From assembly GCF_963921235.1 (NCBI RefSeq), contig NC_086097.1, forward strand, positions 129,520,001 through 129,584,000: a stretch of 64,000 bases of DNA, given 5' to 3'. The translations under genes and the position numbers were made by a program. This DNA comes from Mobula hypostoma. Its lineage: Eukaryota. Below the pieces are notes generated by a model. That model did no database searches. It was not told the origin of the DNA and worked only from the letters and a program-made list of their open reading frames with translations. This document shows, one piece after another, positions 40,701 through 54,924 of the stretch; position 1 is the stretch's first letter, and every line of letters starts with the position of its first letter.

Positions 40701-41418
40701 ATATAATCGGTTGCCAGGTAGGTCTTTCATAAATTAAAAATTAATTTCATATTTTGCAATTACTCTGAAATGTATATCAATTTTGAAAATTAGGTACTTT
40801 CATTGCGAATAAGAATTCAAAAGGAACATGGTACTTCTATTTTATTCAATGTGTCAAGAATTTGCCTTTTTAATGTAAACAAGAATTGAGATAAAGTGTT
40901 AAAATCGACCCTAATAGTTCTTGTTTTTAATCGCAGTGTAATTTGACCTCTGGCTATAATGTTGTGTTTTCTACAAACCTAGAAAGCTGGGTACGTAACA
41001 ACCTGACTACAAATTCAATTCAAAACCACAGAAGGCAAAGACAAAAGGGTTTAGGACACAGTGCTAAAGTAAACATGTGTAGAGCCTATAGCAAAACATA
41101 AACTGCTCATGAATCTGAAACTTGGATTTTAAAAATCTGAATAATTAAAGCTATTCGGAATAATTAAATCCTCCTCTTATTCAACCGCAAACTGCTTATT
41201 AAGTTTATTTCACCTACGTCAACCATAAATATAAGGACTGGTAGAAAATTTGGACTTAAGGACATCAAGTACACCCAGCTCTTCGGCCCCAAGTGCTTGG
41301 ATTTATTAATGATATGTGAACGCACAGCTAAGGTACTTCTTAGAGAGCAACTTTCAGCAGATAATGAAACATAAGTTGCAATTTTCAAGTGGTGTCGTTT
41401 ATAAGATTCTCCACATAC

Positions 41419-41451
41419 CTGCCAGTCGCCCATTTTGCCCAGTATCGACAT
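41419..41451 (-). CDS. TFAP2A: TFAP2A alternative first coding exon 1c (MSILGKMGDWQ)
   Basis: Translation matches the AP-2 alpha isoform 1c N-terminus (MSILAKMGDWQ in mammals). It is 33 nt and ends in a phase-0 donor CAG|GTATGT, compatible with exon 2. Confidence 0.93.
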
Positions 41452-44400
41452 ATTGCCTGGAGAGGTCCGTGGTGTCGTCAAAGGATCTGCGAACTCTAGA
41501 GTAATTTCTCCTTTTACCTCCACAGAATCATCTCACCTGGTCATAAAATGCTGGGTGCCACCTGTCCGCGCCTGCGCAATCATCAGGTATGTCAGAATCT
41601 AACAGCCAGCCTCAGCATTGATGGATTTATAACAAGCATGTACCTCTACGTAGAGAGATTCCATCAACCACCAATTCTCATCTTGACCAACACACACACA
41701 CACGCACACGGAGCTATTCGTGACTACTGGAACTCTACTGCAATGAATTTGGGGGAGTTTATTGTTCCCTACAAAAGGCTTCTGCAATTACTCGGAGTGT
41801 TGTGAAGCCTTTCAGGTGAAGGGGGAGGGAAAGGTAGCTCAGGTAGAAGAGTGTCAAATCTTGTATAAAAGATGCCGAGATTGCCACAAATGATCATAAA
41901 TCTCAGAGGGGAAGGAATCGACTTCAACAAGTGGTTAAAACTTTTTTTATTTTTCGTTCTCTCTTTGACCCTTTTTCGTTCCTACGTTAACTCCGTTGTT
42001 ATACGAATATAACAAAAGGAACCTATTGAGATCCACTTCGACCTCAGCGTCCTCTCTACAATCGAACTAGTGTGCATCTTCTTTGTGTCTGGTCGTTGCG
42101 TCAGAATTTGCAGGTTGTTCTTTATTTTGTATGAATTACTGTTGCTCGTCAATTTTGAGCCTGGATTTGCTTCTGCCATCTTGTTTCTTTTTAAATCTGC
42201 CTCGGCAAAATGTTATTAGCATTTAAACAATTAGGAAGGTTACACTGCGGGACACAATTGCATATATAGAAGTCCAGAGGCGCGATTTGGAGCGCAGAGT
42301 AGCCAATCGAATAAAGACATTGAAACTATCAGTTTTAAATGAAAACACGATATTTTTCTCATATTATGCACATTAGTCATATGACTATAGAAGAAATTGT
42401 ATTCATTTACAATATAGTTAAATTAATCTTCCACCTTGCTAATAATTTTTAACTAAATGAAAGCGATAATGCACGTGGCAGGTGTTTCACATTAGCTTTA
42501 CAACTGTTCGGCACCAATCTCATGTTGCTCTAGTACTAATTTTTCTTTAAGAATAAAATAAGTCCACTTATTGGTACACCGGTGGCCGCCTTACGAAAAC
42601 ATATACATTGATGGTTGGGTGTCATACCTTGATTCCATGGATATTAGAATGAAGCCATTCCTTAATCACTTAATCTAGTTAGGACTAGTGGGCGCATTTG
42701 TTACTCCACTTTTTCTTTTGTTTTGTTTGTTATTTTCTAACGTTTTGAAGGAAATTCCTTAAATTGTCCTCATAATACGGGCATTCTTATTCCAAAGCTT
42801 TCTTATGTTGGGTGACTGACTTGATACAACTTTTAAAAATTCTATTAGCTCCTCTAAAGTTTCCCTTCAGTATCAGTTACAACTCATCGCATGGTATCAG
42901 GCCCATGCCTATAACAGCCATGCAAAAGGTCACACAACATATTTGTGTATATCGTTGGCATTTATTCTTTTGTGAATGTATTAGATATAGCTTTCTGTGT
43001 ACGGAAACAAACACCCCTTCATAGTATTTACAATATACGGATGGCCTCTTTTCACTACATAACCACTATCTTCCATGGTAGGTTTTTTTTTAAAATACAG
43101 TGTATGTCATCATTAAGCCTTATATTTCTATTGGTCATTCATTTTATTTAAAATGTATGCATTTTCGAGATCAAATACATCGGTGGTACATCGTCTACAG
43201 GTGCTTATAAATTACACGTGTAGATCAGCGGAAAATCTTTTTACATAACAAAATAGATTAACTATGTGTACCCATTTCAGCCTATGTTTAACTCAGCTTA
43301 AAGTATGTCCTGGTTAAGTGCGTAGAACCATTAAATACAGAAATATCATAGTGCCATTTATAACATTTGACTCAAACTTTTTAGTGTATATTTCTAATGT
43401 AAAACGTCACTGTACCCTATTTCCTGAATTTTCAACATTTTCAAAATCATTTTTCACTTCGAAACTATTAACAATGGATTAGATGGATTTGTCTTCCATT
43501 CTTTTTCAGATAGTTTAATACAACTGACCAGCCAATATTTGAACTGACTTTAGTCAATGGAATAAGAAATATTCACTGGCAACAACTGATGTAATTCTGT
43601 CTATAATATACGTTGGTTGTGGAAGTAAATGTTGAGCAATATACATGGCTATTGAAACAGTAAAATTGCAACACAGAATATCATTGTGTTGATGATATAT
43701 AAAGTTAAAGAGTTCTCGGGAGCTGGAAAGAATTAAATCGTATTTATTTTCTAAAAATCTAGGCATTAAAAAGTTACGTTTTGTATATAGTAGTTTTATT
43801 CTTCACTTCTAATTTCAGGGGACAGCGTGCTCGCAGGTTATATGCTGAGAGGAGGCGCTTGACTTAAGTAATGAAGCATGAAATGTGCGAATCCCCACCG
43901 GAGCTGCCAGCACTTAGAAAGATTATACTGGCCGGTTCAAGTTACCAGAATTAGTACAGCTCACAAATTAATTACTATGCTGGCATCAATTTATTCTGTT
44001 AGCGTTTAGAGAGGAAGAAAAAGAACCAGGGAAGCGAATCGTTGTTTACATTTTATTACCATTGGCTTCCCATGTTCTCGTGTAGATTCTAGGCAGTGTG
44101 TTCAAAGTTTGTGATCAAACAGGAAACTTTCTGAGGTAATGCAGAACATTGACAGCTAGTGGATCTGGCCCAAATTGTCACACCAACTATTTGCTCAAAA
44201 TATTTTAATTATTCTGAGTTATATTGGTGCGTAAAGATATGCCACCTCGTTTAATTACACATAGTCACAATAACTGAACAATGTTTTGAGCTATAACCTT
44301 CAGTTACATGGTGCATTTTTACTAATACAGCGTTCCTCTGTATCGGCAAGCCAGGATGAGAGATGAAGATAGAAAATTATCGCTGCTCAGAATTACCGTT

Positions 44401-47400
44401 GACTTTTCAAGAAATGTTAAAAAGCACTATCCAAAATCTGGCAATTGCCTAAACAAAAAGTAAACATCAACGTGAAGCTTTCAATCCAATGAAAACAAAT
44501 TTAACAATTCTGAAAATGAAAGTTTTTTCCCCCGTATTTCTTTATTGCAAGTTTTTTTGTTGAATTCTGGATTAAACTTCGTTAGAGCACAGTAGATTTC
44601 ATTTTCTAAACAAAAAATTAAATAAAGAAAACATTTATTTCTCAGTTTTCCTTCAATAGTGCAATTATAGGATGTAAATGTAAACTAGGAAAACAAGCTT
44701 GAGCGCATTTTATTCACGAATAAATACCTCAATTGAATTTATTCTGGAACGAAACGCTCAAACCATCTTTAGTCAGCACTGTGGATTCTTACGGGATATT
44801 AAGTGATATGGCTTTGCACCATCAAATAGCAAATAATAATTATGAACTGCAAATACGCAGCAATAAATAACATATTTTTGATAATGATACTGTTCAACTT
44901 CAAAATCAGATTGGCACTGTCAATTTGGATGTGTCTTCCAAAACTATCCACTTTAGTACGCAACCAGATAATTAAGGATTTTATTTTGATGAAACATTTC
45001 TCTTTCACTGTCTCTTTGCTCCGTTTCCAATTTTGTCGATGCAAATTCGTAGAAACTCGAGGTGCTTTTCTCCGTAGAATATCACGCTGACTGCAATTCG
45101 TCCGGAAAGCAACGCGTTCGTTTACGCAGTTGAGTTCTACGTTATCCCTTTTGAATCGCTGTCTCGCGAATGATACCCCGAAATGCTCTGAAGTTACTTA
45201 AATGAGTGTATCAACGCCGATTAGAAGTTAAGCACTTCGATATTTCTGTAACAAAGTTAGCTTACCGAGGATTAAATGCCATCGAGACTTCGAGCGAGTT
45301 GCTACTTCAAACATTGTTAGGGGATATATTTTTGGGGTCTTTAAACAGCGAACGAATACAAAATATATGTCCAGCTCAATATAATCCCTGTAAAAGAGAT
45401 AAAGAAACAGTAATTCCAGTAGATCTCTTTCTTGGACATATCGAATATATACATTAGCAACCGGGTGCCCGCTATTCGCTGTGCCAAGGATTCGTCATGT
45501 TGTCAGAACACTAATTTGAAGTGTTGGGTGTGAAGCCAGTGGCCAAAATACTGTATAACCAAACGGCAAACGTTCTCAAATGTTTGTCACTGTGTATGTT
45601 ATTTAGGAAAAATAAGTACAGTGGAACGCGCCCCCACGGTGCGCGATCTATTAAGAATCGTTTTAGAATAATATTTTTGAAGTGGATGCGTACTTCAAGA
45701 AGCATTAATGAATCACTTTAATAGCGCCTGCAATGCCTTTCCCAGTTGTAACATCCGGTTTTACAGATGAGACGGTCCTGGGGATGGAGGGGAGGGGAGA
45801 CCGGCATTATGCATTTTCCCACCGCTCATAATTGTCCGAATTTATTTAATACAGTGTATATTTAATACAATTCAACAATACATATATTCAAGTCATTCTC
45901 TAGTAAAATAGCGAAAGCTCGTGCACGGTATTAGCAATGAGCCGCCGAGCGCATTGAGTGCTTTTCTGTGGCAACATCTTAACCTCTCAGATGTGCTTCG
46001 AGTGATGAGAGTATGGGCGACTTTTAAATCCACATAAAACAAGCACATTTCCATATTTTGTGGGAAAGGACAGATCTAAATATGTCTATGCGTGTTGGCG
46101 TATGCCTTGTGAGTAAGCTTCACTCATATGTGTCTAACGTGCAAATATCTCTCTGTTCATTAAGTAAATATGTACATACTCATCATCGTTTTGCCAGGTT
46201 AAAATTATAGTCGGTACACTGCCGCCTATACCCTTCACGTATTCACCACTGTTTTTGAACGCAGGTGTATATTTACATACAGGTAAGCATACGGCATAAA
46301 GGGAGGTGACAGAGAACCTATTTAACATGAAGTCTGTCGTAGCATTCCTGGAAGAATGGATGATCCTGTGAAGAATTGTGCGTGGAGGTGAAGGGGTGGA
46401 GGATGGAAGACTTCCCGCAAAGATTGACCAGCTTTTCTGCCACACGTCTGCCCCGATGATAAACACTTACAGTAGCTGCCTCTTGCAAAAATCTGCACGT
46501 CATCTGAAGATAGCGACATTCATAAGTCGACAGTCCCAGGGGGCTCTTTTCTGAGAGAGAAATAAAAGATAGGGTTTCTTCAGCAAGGACGCTGGGACTG
46601 ACAGATAACAAAGGATGTGTCAAATTTATTTTGAGTTCTGCTATTTTTTCTCGGCGGCGGGAAGGCACTGTGGATTGAAAACCACTTCAAATGATGAAGT
46701 ATCTATTTCCATTTGCTAGCGTTCTCAGACAGGCACGTAACAGCTTCTGCTGACTACGGCCGGATGCAAGCGGAGCGCATTTTTCTTAAGCACACTGTGC
46801 CCTCTAGTGATAACAACCTGGAAACTGATTATAATCCGGCACAGCGAGCGATCAATGCGATCGCATCTCAAAGATATAAACTTGCATTTCTTTAGCACTT
46901 TGTCGCCAATAAGGTAATGTTTCAGCGAATTTAATGTTGCAATGTAGAAAGCGCACCAAACACCAATTCACACCAGAAAAATGCTGGCAATCAGAACTGT
47001 GTGCTTAACTACATTTTAGGGCATATTGAAAACAATGGAAATGCAATTATTAAGTATAGAGCGGGTGGACGCGGCGTAAAAACTTGAGAACAGTCCCCTG
47101 TTTCTCTTTTGGCGTAGATGGACTATTTCGTGATCATTTAAAAGACCGACTTTCAAATGAAAAGAGACGGTCACCAATTCCCGCTGAACTCTGAACCTGC
47201 CGAGGGTACCCTCGGAAATGGCGGAGTCTTACCCTATGGGAAAGGTCGAGGCTGAGAAACAGTTGTGCACAAGGGCAAGGATGTGCGCAGGTGTGAGATG
47301 CAGTCAGAGGGTGGATCGCTTTTGCAGAGTATGTGTCGATGTGCTGGGAACTTGGAAGAGTTTTCATTGCAACCCAGTGAAATCCACGTGGGGCGCAACA

Positions 47401-47774
47401 GATGTGCGTGCCCACGGAGCAAATGCTCCAGAACATTGGACAAGCGATGATGCTGACGGATAAGATGTCCTCGCAGTATATGAGAGAGATAGTATGGGGA
47501 AAACTCACAGTTAACTGGAAAAGGAACCGGGAGAGGTTCACGTAGAACAAAGGACGAGAGTTAAGGGGGAAAGGCGATCCACCGAAACTGGAGATTTATG
47601 TTTTAACACAGTAAGGATAAACGAGGGAGCAAAAGACAATCAAGCAGGGATGAGCAAGGCTAAGAGATTTAAAAAAAACGAAGCGCAACACAAATAGCGT
47701 GGTGGCAAGCGTCATTCAGGATTAAGAATAGTTCAGACAAAGAGCCTTATACAACCAGTGATCTTGCAGCTAAT

Positions 47775-48010
47775 TATAGAACATTGAACAGTACTGCTCA
47801 GGAACAGCCCCTTCGGCTCACGATGCCAAATTAAATCAAATCTACCTGCCTGCACATTATCCATATTACCCCCATTCCCTGTGTGTTCATGTGTCTATCC
47901 AAAAGCCTCTTAAATATCACCACACTACCCTATCCGCTCTAACGCTACCTCTAGCAGCCCCATTCCAGGCACTCCCATTGTGGAAAACATCTTTAGACTT
48001 TCACCCCTCT
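47775..48010 (-). mobile_element. CR1 3' end fragment
   Basis: Similar to 7555-7800 (AGAACA...AGTAC...CAGGAACAG.CCC). Confidence 0.7.
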
Positions 48011-50399
48011 CGCCAGACATGCCAGGAACACTTTATATAGAAGCTTAAGAGTTTTGGTTTGAGTAAAATAAAAGATAAAAAATGCCAATAATGCAAAGAA
48101 GGAAAAAAATCTTTTCTCTGCTTCTTAGGAAGTCGCTTGGGCCCGAGAATAACTCTTTCCATTCTGTCTCTGTGGGTTTCTTGAGTTCATGAGCACAATG
48201 TGGGAACTGTAGGCTCTTCGCCACAGGGCGTAGAGGAGATAGCTGATGGGGTGGATGTGATGAACGTTTGTGAGATAGTGCTCTCCCTGTGCTACTTACG
48301 CTAAGTTTCTGCACCAGCCGGAGGTTCTCAAACACCATTGCGAATGCTCCTTCTCCACTTTGAGTAGCTGTGAACCCATCCACCCAACATTTTCCCATTT
48401 TCTTTGAGGAAATTTAATCATCATATCAGACAGTGACTGGAAATGGGTGTGTGCTGGCACAGGTGTAAGAGGATGATAGGTATCTAATGTCAGAGAAGGG
48501 AAATTTACAGAGAACTGTATTTATATGATGTGCCCAATGACTGCATGGATTATAGGGATATAGTTTTCAGAAATGCAAAGAGATAAAGTAACTTGTATTT
48601 ATTAAAACACTGTAACTCAATCATAAGGACTTGGTGATGTCAGAAACCCTGGGGCTACTATTATACAGTAGCTACTGATGTCAGTAGTTACAGTATCAAT
48701 TTTCAACCAGCAGCCTTTTATTTATAATGCCTGGCTATAAATCCAATTCTCACAGCCAAAGAGCTCTGTTTTCATGCAGTAAATTTGCAATATATTACAT
48801 ATGAGAAGCCAGGCCTTCTTCCCAAAGCATTTGTATAAACTCTGCTTCAAGTTGGCGAAGACCCAGGAGGTTCATTGAACTCCCTATGCACTTCTTAATC
48901 TTAGTTTGACCCAGTGCTTGGGTAATGCTGTGTCAATGAAACCTCACTGCAAAAATTAAGAAGGCTCGCCAGCAGTGATTTTGCTGTGCCTGACATGATT
49001 ACCATTCAGGCAAAGGCTACAGAGGGATTCCCTGGTATCCAACAACAGTATGCCATCAAGCTGGCAAAGCAACTGATGACAATTCTTCACTCTCAGACAA
49101 TAAACAAGGATGAAAAAGTTTATATTTTTATAATTTTTTATAAATGCAATAGTAAGTGAAATAACAAATGAGAAACAAAAATTGGAATATTGTGGAGGCT
49201 AAAATATCATGAAAATACATTGTTGTGTTAAAAATGATGGAATTTTCAAATATTTTCAAAGGTATGACAACCCTCAGGTATTAAATTAGCTCTACAGAGA
49301 ATTTCTTTAGGAGTAATTATGCTTTATAATGCTTGGTTACACCTCATTTAACAAGACTTCATAATGTTTATACAGCAAAAATACCAGATTAAAAAAGTTG
49401 ACATTACATCAAGTAACTGATACAAGGACTTTTTTGATACAAGGTCTTAGTATGGAAAAAGGCCCTTTGACCCACCTAGTCCATGCCTAGCATAAAATAC
49501 CTATCTACATGAATCTCATTTTTCATCTCCCATCTCCTTCAAATCCCCCTCCCACCCCCAGTAATGCTTCGTGTGGGGAGCAGAATTCAACTGACAACAG
49601 GTACCAGAGTTTCCTGATTAGAGTTTAGCTTGATGGTAAGCAGATTGACCATCACCATTGTCTCACCATTCTGTTAGTGCTTTTCCCTTGTACTGCCTCA
49701 GTTTACTGATGTGGTGAAATGATCTGTATGGATAGCATGCAAAACAAAGTTTTTCACTATTCCTTAGTATGGGTGACAAGAATGAACCAAATCCCAATTG
49801 CAATTGCTGGGCCATTGTGTTGCCTAGACTGGAGGGAGACAGAACATTATTATTGTTGAGAACTGCTTCATGTTTATCAATGGTCCAACATTATCAGTGT
49901 CACCAAACCTTAAAATTATATCTTAGTAAAGTATCTTTGCATTCCTTTCAAATTGACTTATTCTGAGGGAGAAAATAATGAATTTATCATGGGTGTAATT
50001 GCACTTGCTGTGGTGGCAAGAGTAGGAATAATTCTTGACAATATTGTTGCTACTCCTGCCATTGACCAATAGGTAGTTTCTGAATGGTGTACATTAGCAC
50101 AAAAGTAATCCAATTAGTGCTGCCATAGATAAGAGGGATAGTGTGCTATATTAAGAAATGGCCAATTGAGAAATATTAGAATTGATTCTGACATACTATG
50201 TTAAATATATCTTAAACTTACCACATTGCATGAAGATAAAGACATTCATACATATGGCCATTTCAACTGTCTCAGGTAACACTGTAAAACTATCTAGACC
50301 AGCATTTTATAGATTTTTCTTCTAACTATTGAGTCAGTAATCTGTAATTTTCAGGCTTGTTAAATGTAAATCAACAGATTACCAACACAGTAATTATTT

Positions 50400-50655
50400 T
50401 AGTTATATTTTAATTTTTAATTAGAAATGCAGTACAGTAACAGGCCCTTCTAGCTAAACAATCCCACACTGCCCAAATACAACAAGGAACTAATTAACCA
50501 TGTATGTGCCTTTGGGATGTGGGAGCAAACTGGAGCACCCAGAGGAAACACATATGGTCACAGGGAAAACTCCTTACAGACAGCTGCGGGAATTGAAACC
50601 AGGTCATTGGCACCATAAAGCATTAAGCTAACTGCTACACTGCAGTGCTGCCCAA
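50400..50655 (-). mobile_element. V-SINE
   Basis: TTTGGGATGTGGGAGCAAACTGGAGCACCCAGAGGAAAC is the reverse complement of the V domain. Confidence 0.8.
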
Positions 50656-52839
50656 TGATGGTGGCACAGGTAGTGTGGAAGAAATTCAAATTAATGGCAA
50701 ATGAATGGTTGCAAAGAAGAAGTCTTAGACATGCAGCCCTTTTTTTCCTAAAATTCAGAACAGTCCTAAAAGAGATTTAAATTCCATTTGACATTAAAAT
50801 TCTTTCAAATTGTATTTATTATTTGCTTCTTAGCCAATATCTAATAGAATTGAGAATGACAATCTAAAGAGCAAATATGATGATTTTGTGAAATACATGT
50901 CTACTGAAGTATTTCCAGAATACAATTAACTGCAGAAATCCCACAGTTTCTATTGGCATTTTTAGTGCTCTTCCACATTTGTTGACAACATTTTTGATCA
51001 TAGTTAAGAAAAATATTTTGAACTGGCAGGAATTAAGTTATTTATGAACATTGCCTGAAAATCTTATACTTTGTTACATGAATTTTAAGTGAGTTGTATA
51101 TTTCATGCAAAACTGTAATTGGCACTAAGGAAGCTTCTTTCATTTTCCCTCTAATTTTATAATTATGTTTCAACTCTGAACAACATTTACATTACGTTAA
51201 AGATTGTGCCCTGTGTACCCTGGTTTGTCCTATATGACTGGCTGCACTGTAAACTTAGCAACGTCTCAACCGATTGACATGAGCAAAATGATCTGAGAAC
51301 ATAAAGCATCAGAAAAGCAGAAGTCAACACAACAGAGATCACTTTCTTTAAGGTCAGTGGTAAGAGGTGTTGTTTCTTTGATTCTGAACCAAATTACTTT
51401 CCAGTAAGTTAGCCTCTTTTGGAGGTCATCCAAAACTGAAATGGGTCCTTTGGTTATGTTGGCCATCCAATACCCATTTACCCTAATCATACTGCTATCC
51501 TAATTTTATTCTCCCCATTCCCAGAACTCGTCCATATTTTGCACCCACACTAGGGACCATACAAAATGGTATTGAAGAAACAAACTCCTGAGATCTTGTA
51601 TCACTAGACTCAAGGACGAAAAGCTGAACCACCCAACTCAAGGAACCTGTTAAGTTCATCAAGCTGAACCTCTTAAGCACTAAAAGCTGAATTTTTGAAG
51701 CCTTAATTTCCTAGTTTACCTCATCATGGCCTTTGCACTTCACTTGTCTGCCTTCACTGCCCTTTCTCTATAGCAGCTGTACTAGATTCTGCACACTATT
51801 TTCCTTTTGCTATCTTAATATAATTATGTACAGTATGGAATTATCTGACTATATGGCACACAAAATAAAAGCCTTTCACTCTATCTCAATGCATGTGACA
51901 ATAATACACATTCACTTGGGATGCAGGAGCACCTGAAGGATACCCACACAGTCATAGGGAGAACTAACAAACTCCACACAGCTGTCTAAAGTTCAGAATT
52001 AAATTCAGATCACTGGAACTGTGAGACAACGGATTTCTTGGAGGATTGTCTGCACCTTCATAATGTCCTTTGATGAAAAACACAATGAAGGTAACAATAT
52101 TGTACAATAAGAGTGATATATAATTATTGCTATGTCATCAGTGAAAAATGTAATTTATGAAAATCACCCATTATTCTTAATCTATCTATATGTGAAAAAG
52201 GTATGCAAAATATTTAGTCATTAAGGCTGTGGTTCTTTTAAGTAGTATTACCAATTTACCAACCAGTCAGTCAATTCTAAAATTATTTTGATTCCTCTTC
52301 ATTTATGCAGGGAAAAAGATAGGGATAATTGAGTGATTAAATTTATTTTTAATGTGCTTATTTCATTTCTGATTACATTGTGTTACCACAGATCCGGCAG
52401 CTTATAGTAATGAAACTAAAAACTGGTTGAGTTTCCTGTAAGATATGACCTATGCAAGTTTATATCTCTGTTGCAACTTATACAATTATTGGGAAATAGC
52501 TTATTGTTTGTGTTATATAGTACATAGACATTAATATTTTGTAAATGCACTTTCTTCAGTGGTCATAAAGAAAGTGTAACCTCTTTGAGCAAGTCTTTGA
52601 CTTTAATCTCTAATCATTATTTTTTCTGAAGGATCAGCCTTTATAATTTTTGAGACTGCACCTCTGTAAAGCAGTTTCAGATGTTATGACAAATAAATAA
52701 TCAGCAGCTGAATTACAAATAGAATGTCAAAATATCAACCTACAACCAGCCAACTATTTTAATAATGTATTGGTATAGTTGTAATGTAAGTACATATAGC
52801 CAGAAAATTGCAAGCAGGAAAAGTTGTTAAATGAGGCAA

Positions 52840-53200
52840 CGTGGCTAAGAAAGACTACATCTTTGCTGCCTGTAGATTTGCTAAGAGGGTGTGGAGGAGG
52901 ATGCAAGGGTCTTTGTCTCAGCAGCTGTGTAGCAGAGAACTCTCTGATCATGGAGTGTTCCTGGGACACACACCCAAGACAGGCATCAAGTGCTGTTGGA
53001 AGATCATCAACTCAGTGAAATACACCTTTTGGTCTTCTCAAAACTTGTTGGTCTTCCAGCACATGACACGTCCGTAAGGGAATGCTGCCAACTTGCACAT
53101 TCCAGGCAGGAGGAGTACATGCTGAGGGATGCATTGACGTTTGGTGCAATCAGTGCAAAAACTCTGTGAGAGAGGACAACATTTTATGACCTTTCCACTA
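52840..53200 (+). mobile_element. Tx1-clade LINE ORF2 C-terminal remnant
   Basis: CRFAKRVWRRMQGSLS...CCWKIINSVKYTFWSSQNLLVFQH resembles the Tx1/L1 ORF2 end. Confidence 0.75.
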
Positions 53201-54924
53201 ACTAATGGGCATGAAGGGATGGAGCTGGGTGGGGTAGTCTCTCAAACACTGAAAAGCTGTATCACACCAGGGTGCCACCTGAGCAGCAACGTTGCTATGG
53301 TTTTAAAAATGTTAACATTATGGAATGTTCAGTATCAACCATAAAACAGTTTTGCACTGCTTATTTTTTAAATATTCTTTAGTATTTAAAAATCAAGCTT
53401 GTGAATTGAAATAATAATGAGATGGAGTTTGTCTACACATAAACTGTGCTGTACCTGGTCTGCATCTGTATGCTGAAAAAATTCCATTCCGCAACTTGGT
53501 AGGTTCATCAAGGTTCATTTGAAAACTACCGAAAAGTTGGTAAAAATCAGCCAGGTCTCTTTAAAAAGCAGATTTATAAACCATTGCAAGGTGATTCAAT
53601 GTAAAGGCTTAGTTGTTTTAAAAATTGCATCACAAACAAGTCTACAAAAGCTAGTTCACTTGGAAATTCAGCCTTAGGAATGTTTTCATTACCTTTCTCA
53701 TGAATGCCACACTGCATCTAATGCAGGTATTTGCATTTCAAAAGTCCTACTTAATAATTTCTGCTCTACAGTCTAAATTAGCAGAATAAGCATAACAGAG
53801 GGTTTAAGGGAGAGAGGTGGGCTACTTGTGATCCCTTATCAGTGTCTGTGTAACATTAAACAGCATTACAATTTCAAACAGTGGAATGCAAGACATTTAC
53901 TGATAGAAATCATTGGTTTCAGACAATTGTTCTTGCAAGGTGCTTTTTGATGGGCTTGAAGCTTTATATGGTTTTAGATTTAAAATTTAAAGGAACTGAT
54001 TTGAAGTAAAGTTTCTTTACCAGCAATACTGTAAACGCTTTTGCAACTCACAAGATGCTGGAGGAATTCAGTGTATCTGGTAGTATCTGTGGAGAGAAAT
54101 GGACAGCTGATGTTTTGGGTTGAGATTCTTGTGTCTCTGTAGATTTTCTTGCTATCTAAACACTGTAGCTGTTCTATTTCACTCATTGAAGTAGCACCTG
54201 CTGCTTTCAACCACAACCATTCTGCTAAAGAATAATTAGGGATCAACTGCAAATATTGTCCTGTTTGGTGATATGGTATATGAACAGATTTTAAGAAGCA
54301 CACACACAGTATAATCTAACAAATGTTCTCAAGTTTTCAGACACTTAATCTGTCATTATAAAGGTGAGCACAATAACAGATAGATTAATCCCTTCACCAC
54401 TGGGCCGTAGCAAATATTCATCCACAACTGGATGGTAAGTTAAAACATACCTTGTACACCATGATTTATGATCAATGCTGCAGCTGTAATCTGCAGTACC
54501 TCATGACCACAGTCTTCCAGCCTTCACTACTCAATTATCTAAACTGTGGCTCACTTCACATTCTTTACTGTATATTTTGGAAACCCTTCTCAAAAGAAGT
54601 AGGACATTCAAGTTGTGAGATACGTTATGAAAAGACTCAAACTCATGAGGATACAGGAATGGCAAACCTCAGATAACACCATTGTTCAGGTGAGCTTCAT
54701 TACATAAATCCTTATTATGATTGGACTCCTTTTTCTTTCAAATCATCACAACATTATAACAAATATGGAGGTGGTTAAATAAGGGGTTATAGTATATTGC
54801 ATGTGCAATATTATTACCCTCTATTTCATTCTGATTTAATGCAGAATGCATTTGAAATTAGTTAGAAAAATGTTAAACTGACTTACCTAAGCTAAGCAAA
54901 CATTAGGGTTTTTCAGTACAATTT

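Noticed and set aside
47134..47550. Four overlapping ORFs at the CpG-domain edge
   Set aside because: No recognisable protein motif or splice structure; expected by chance in GC-richer DNA.
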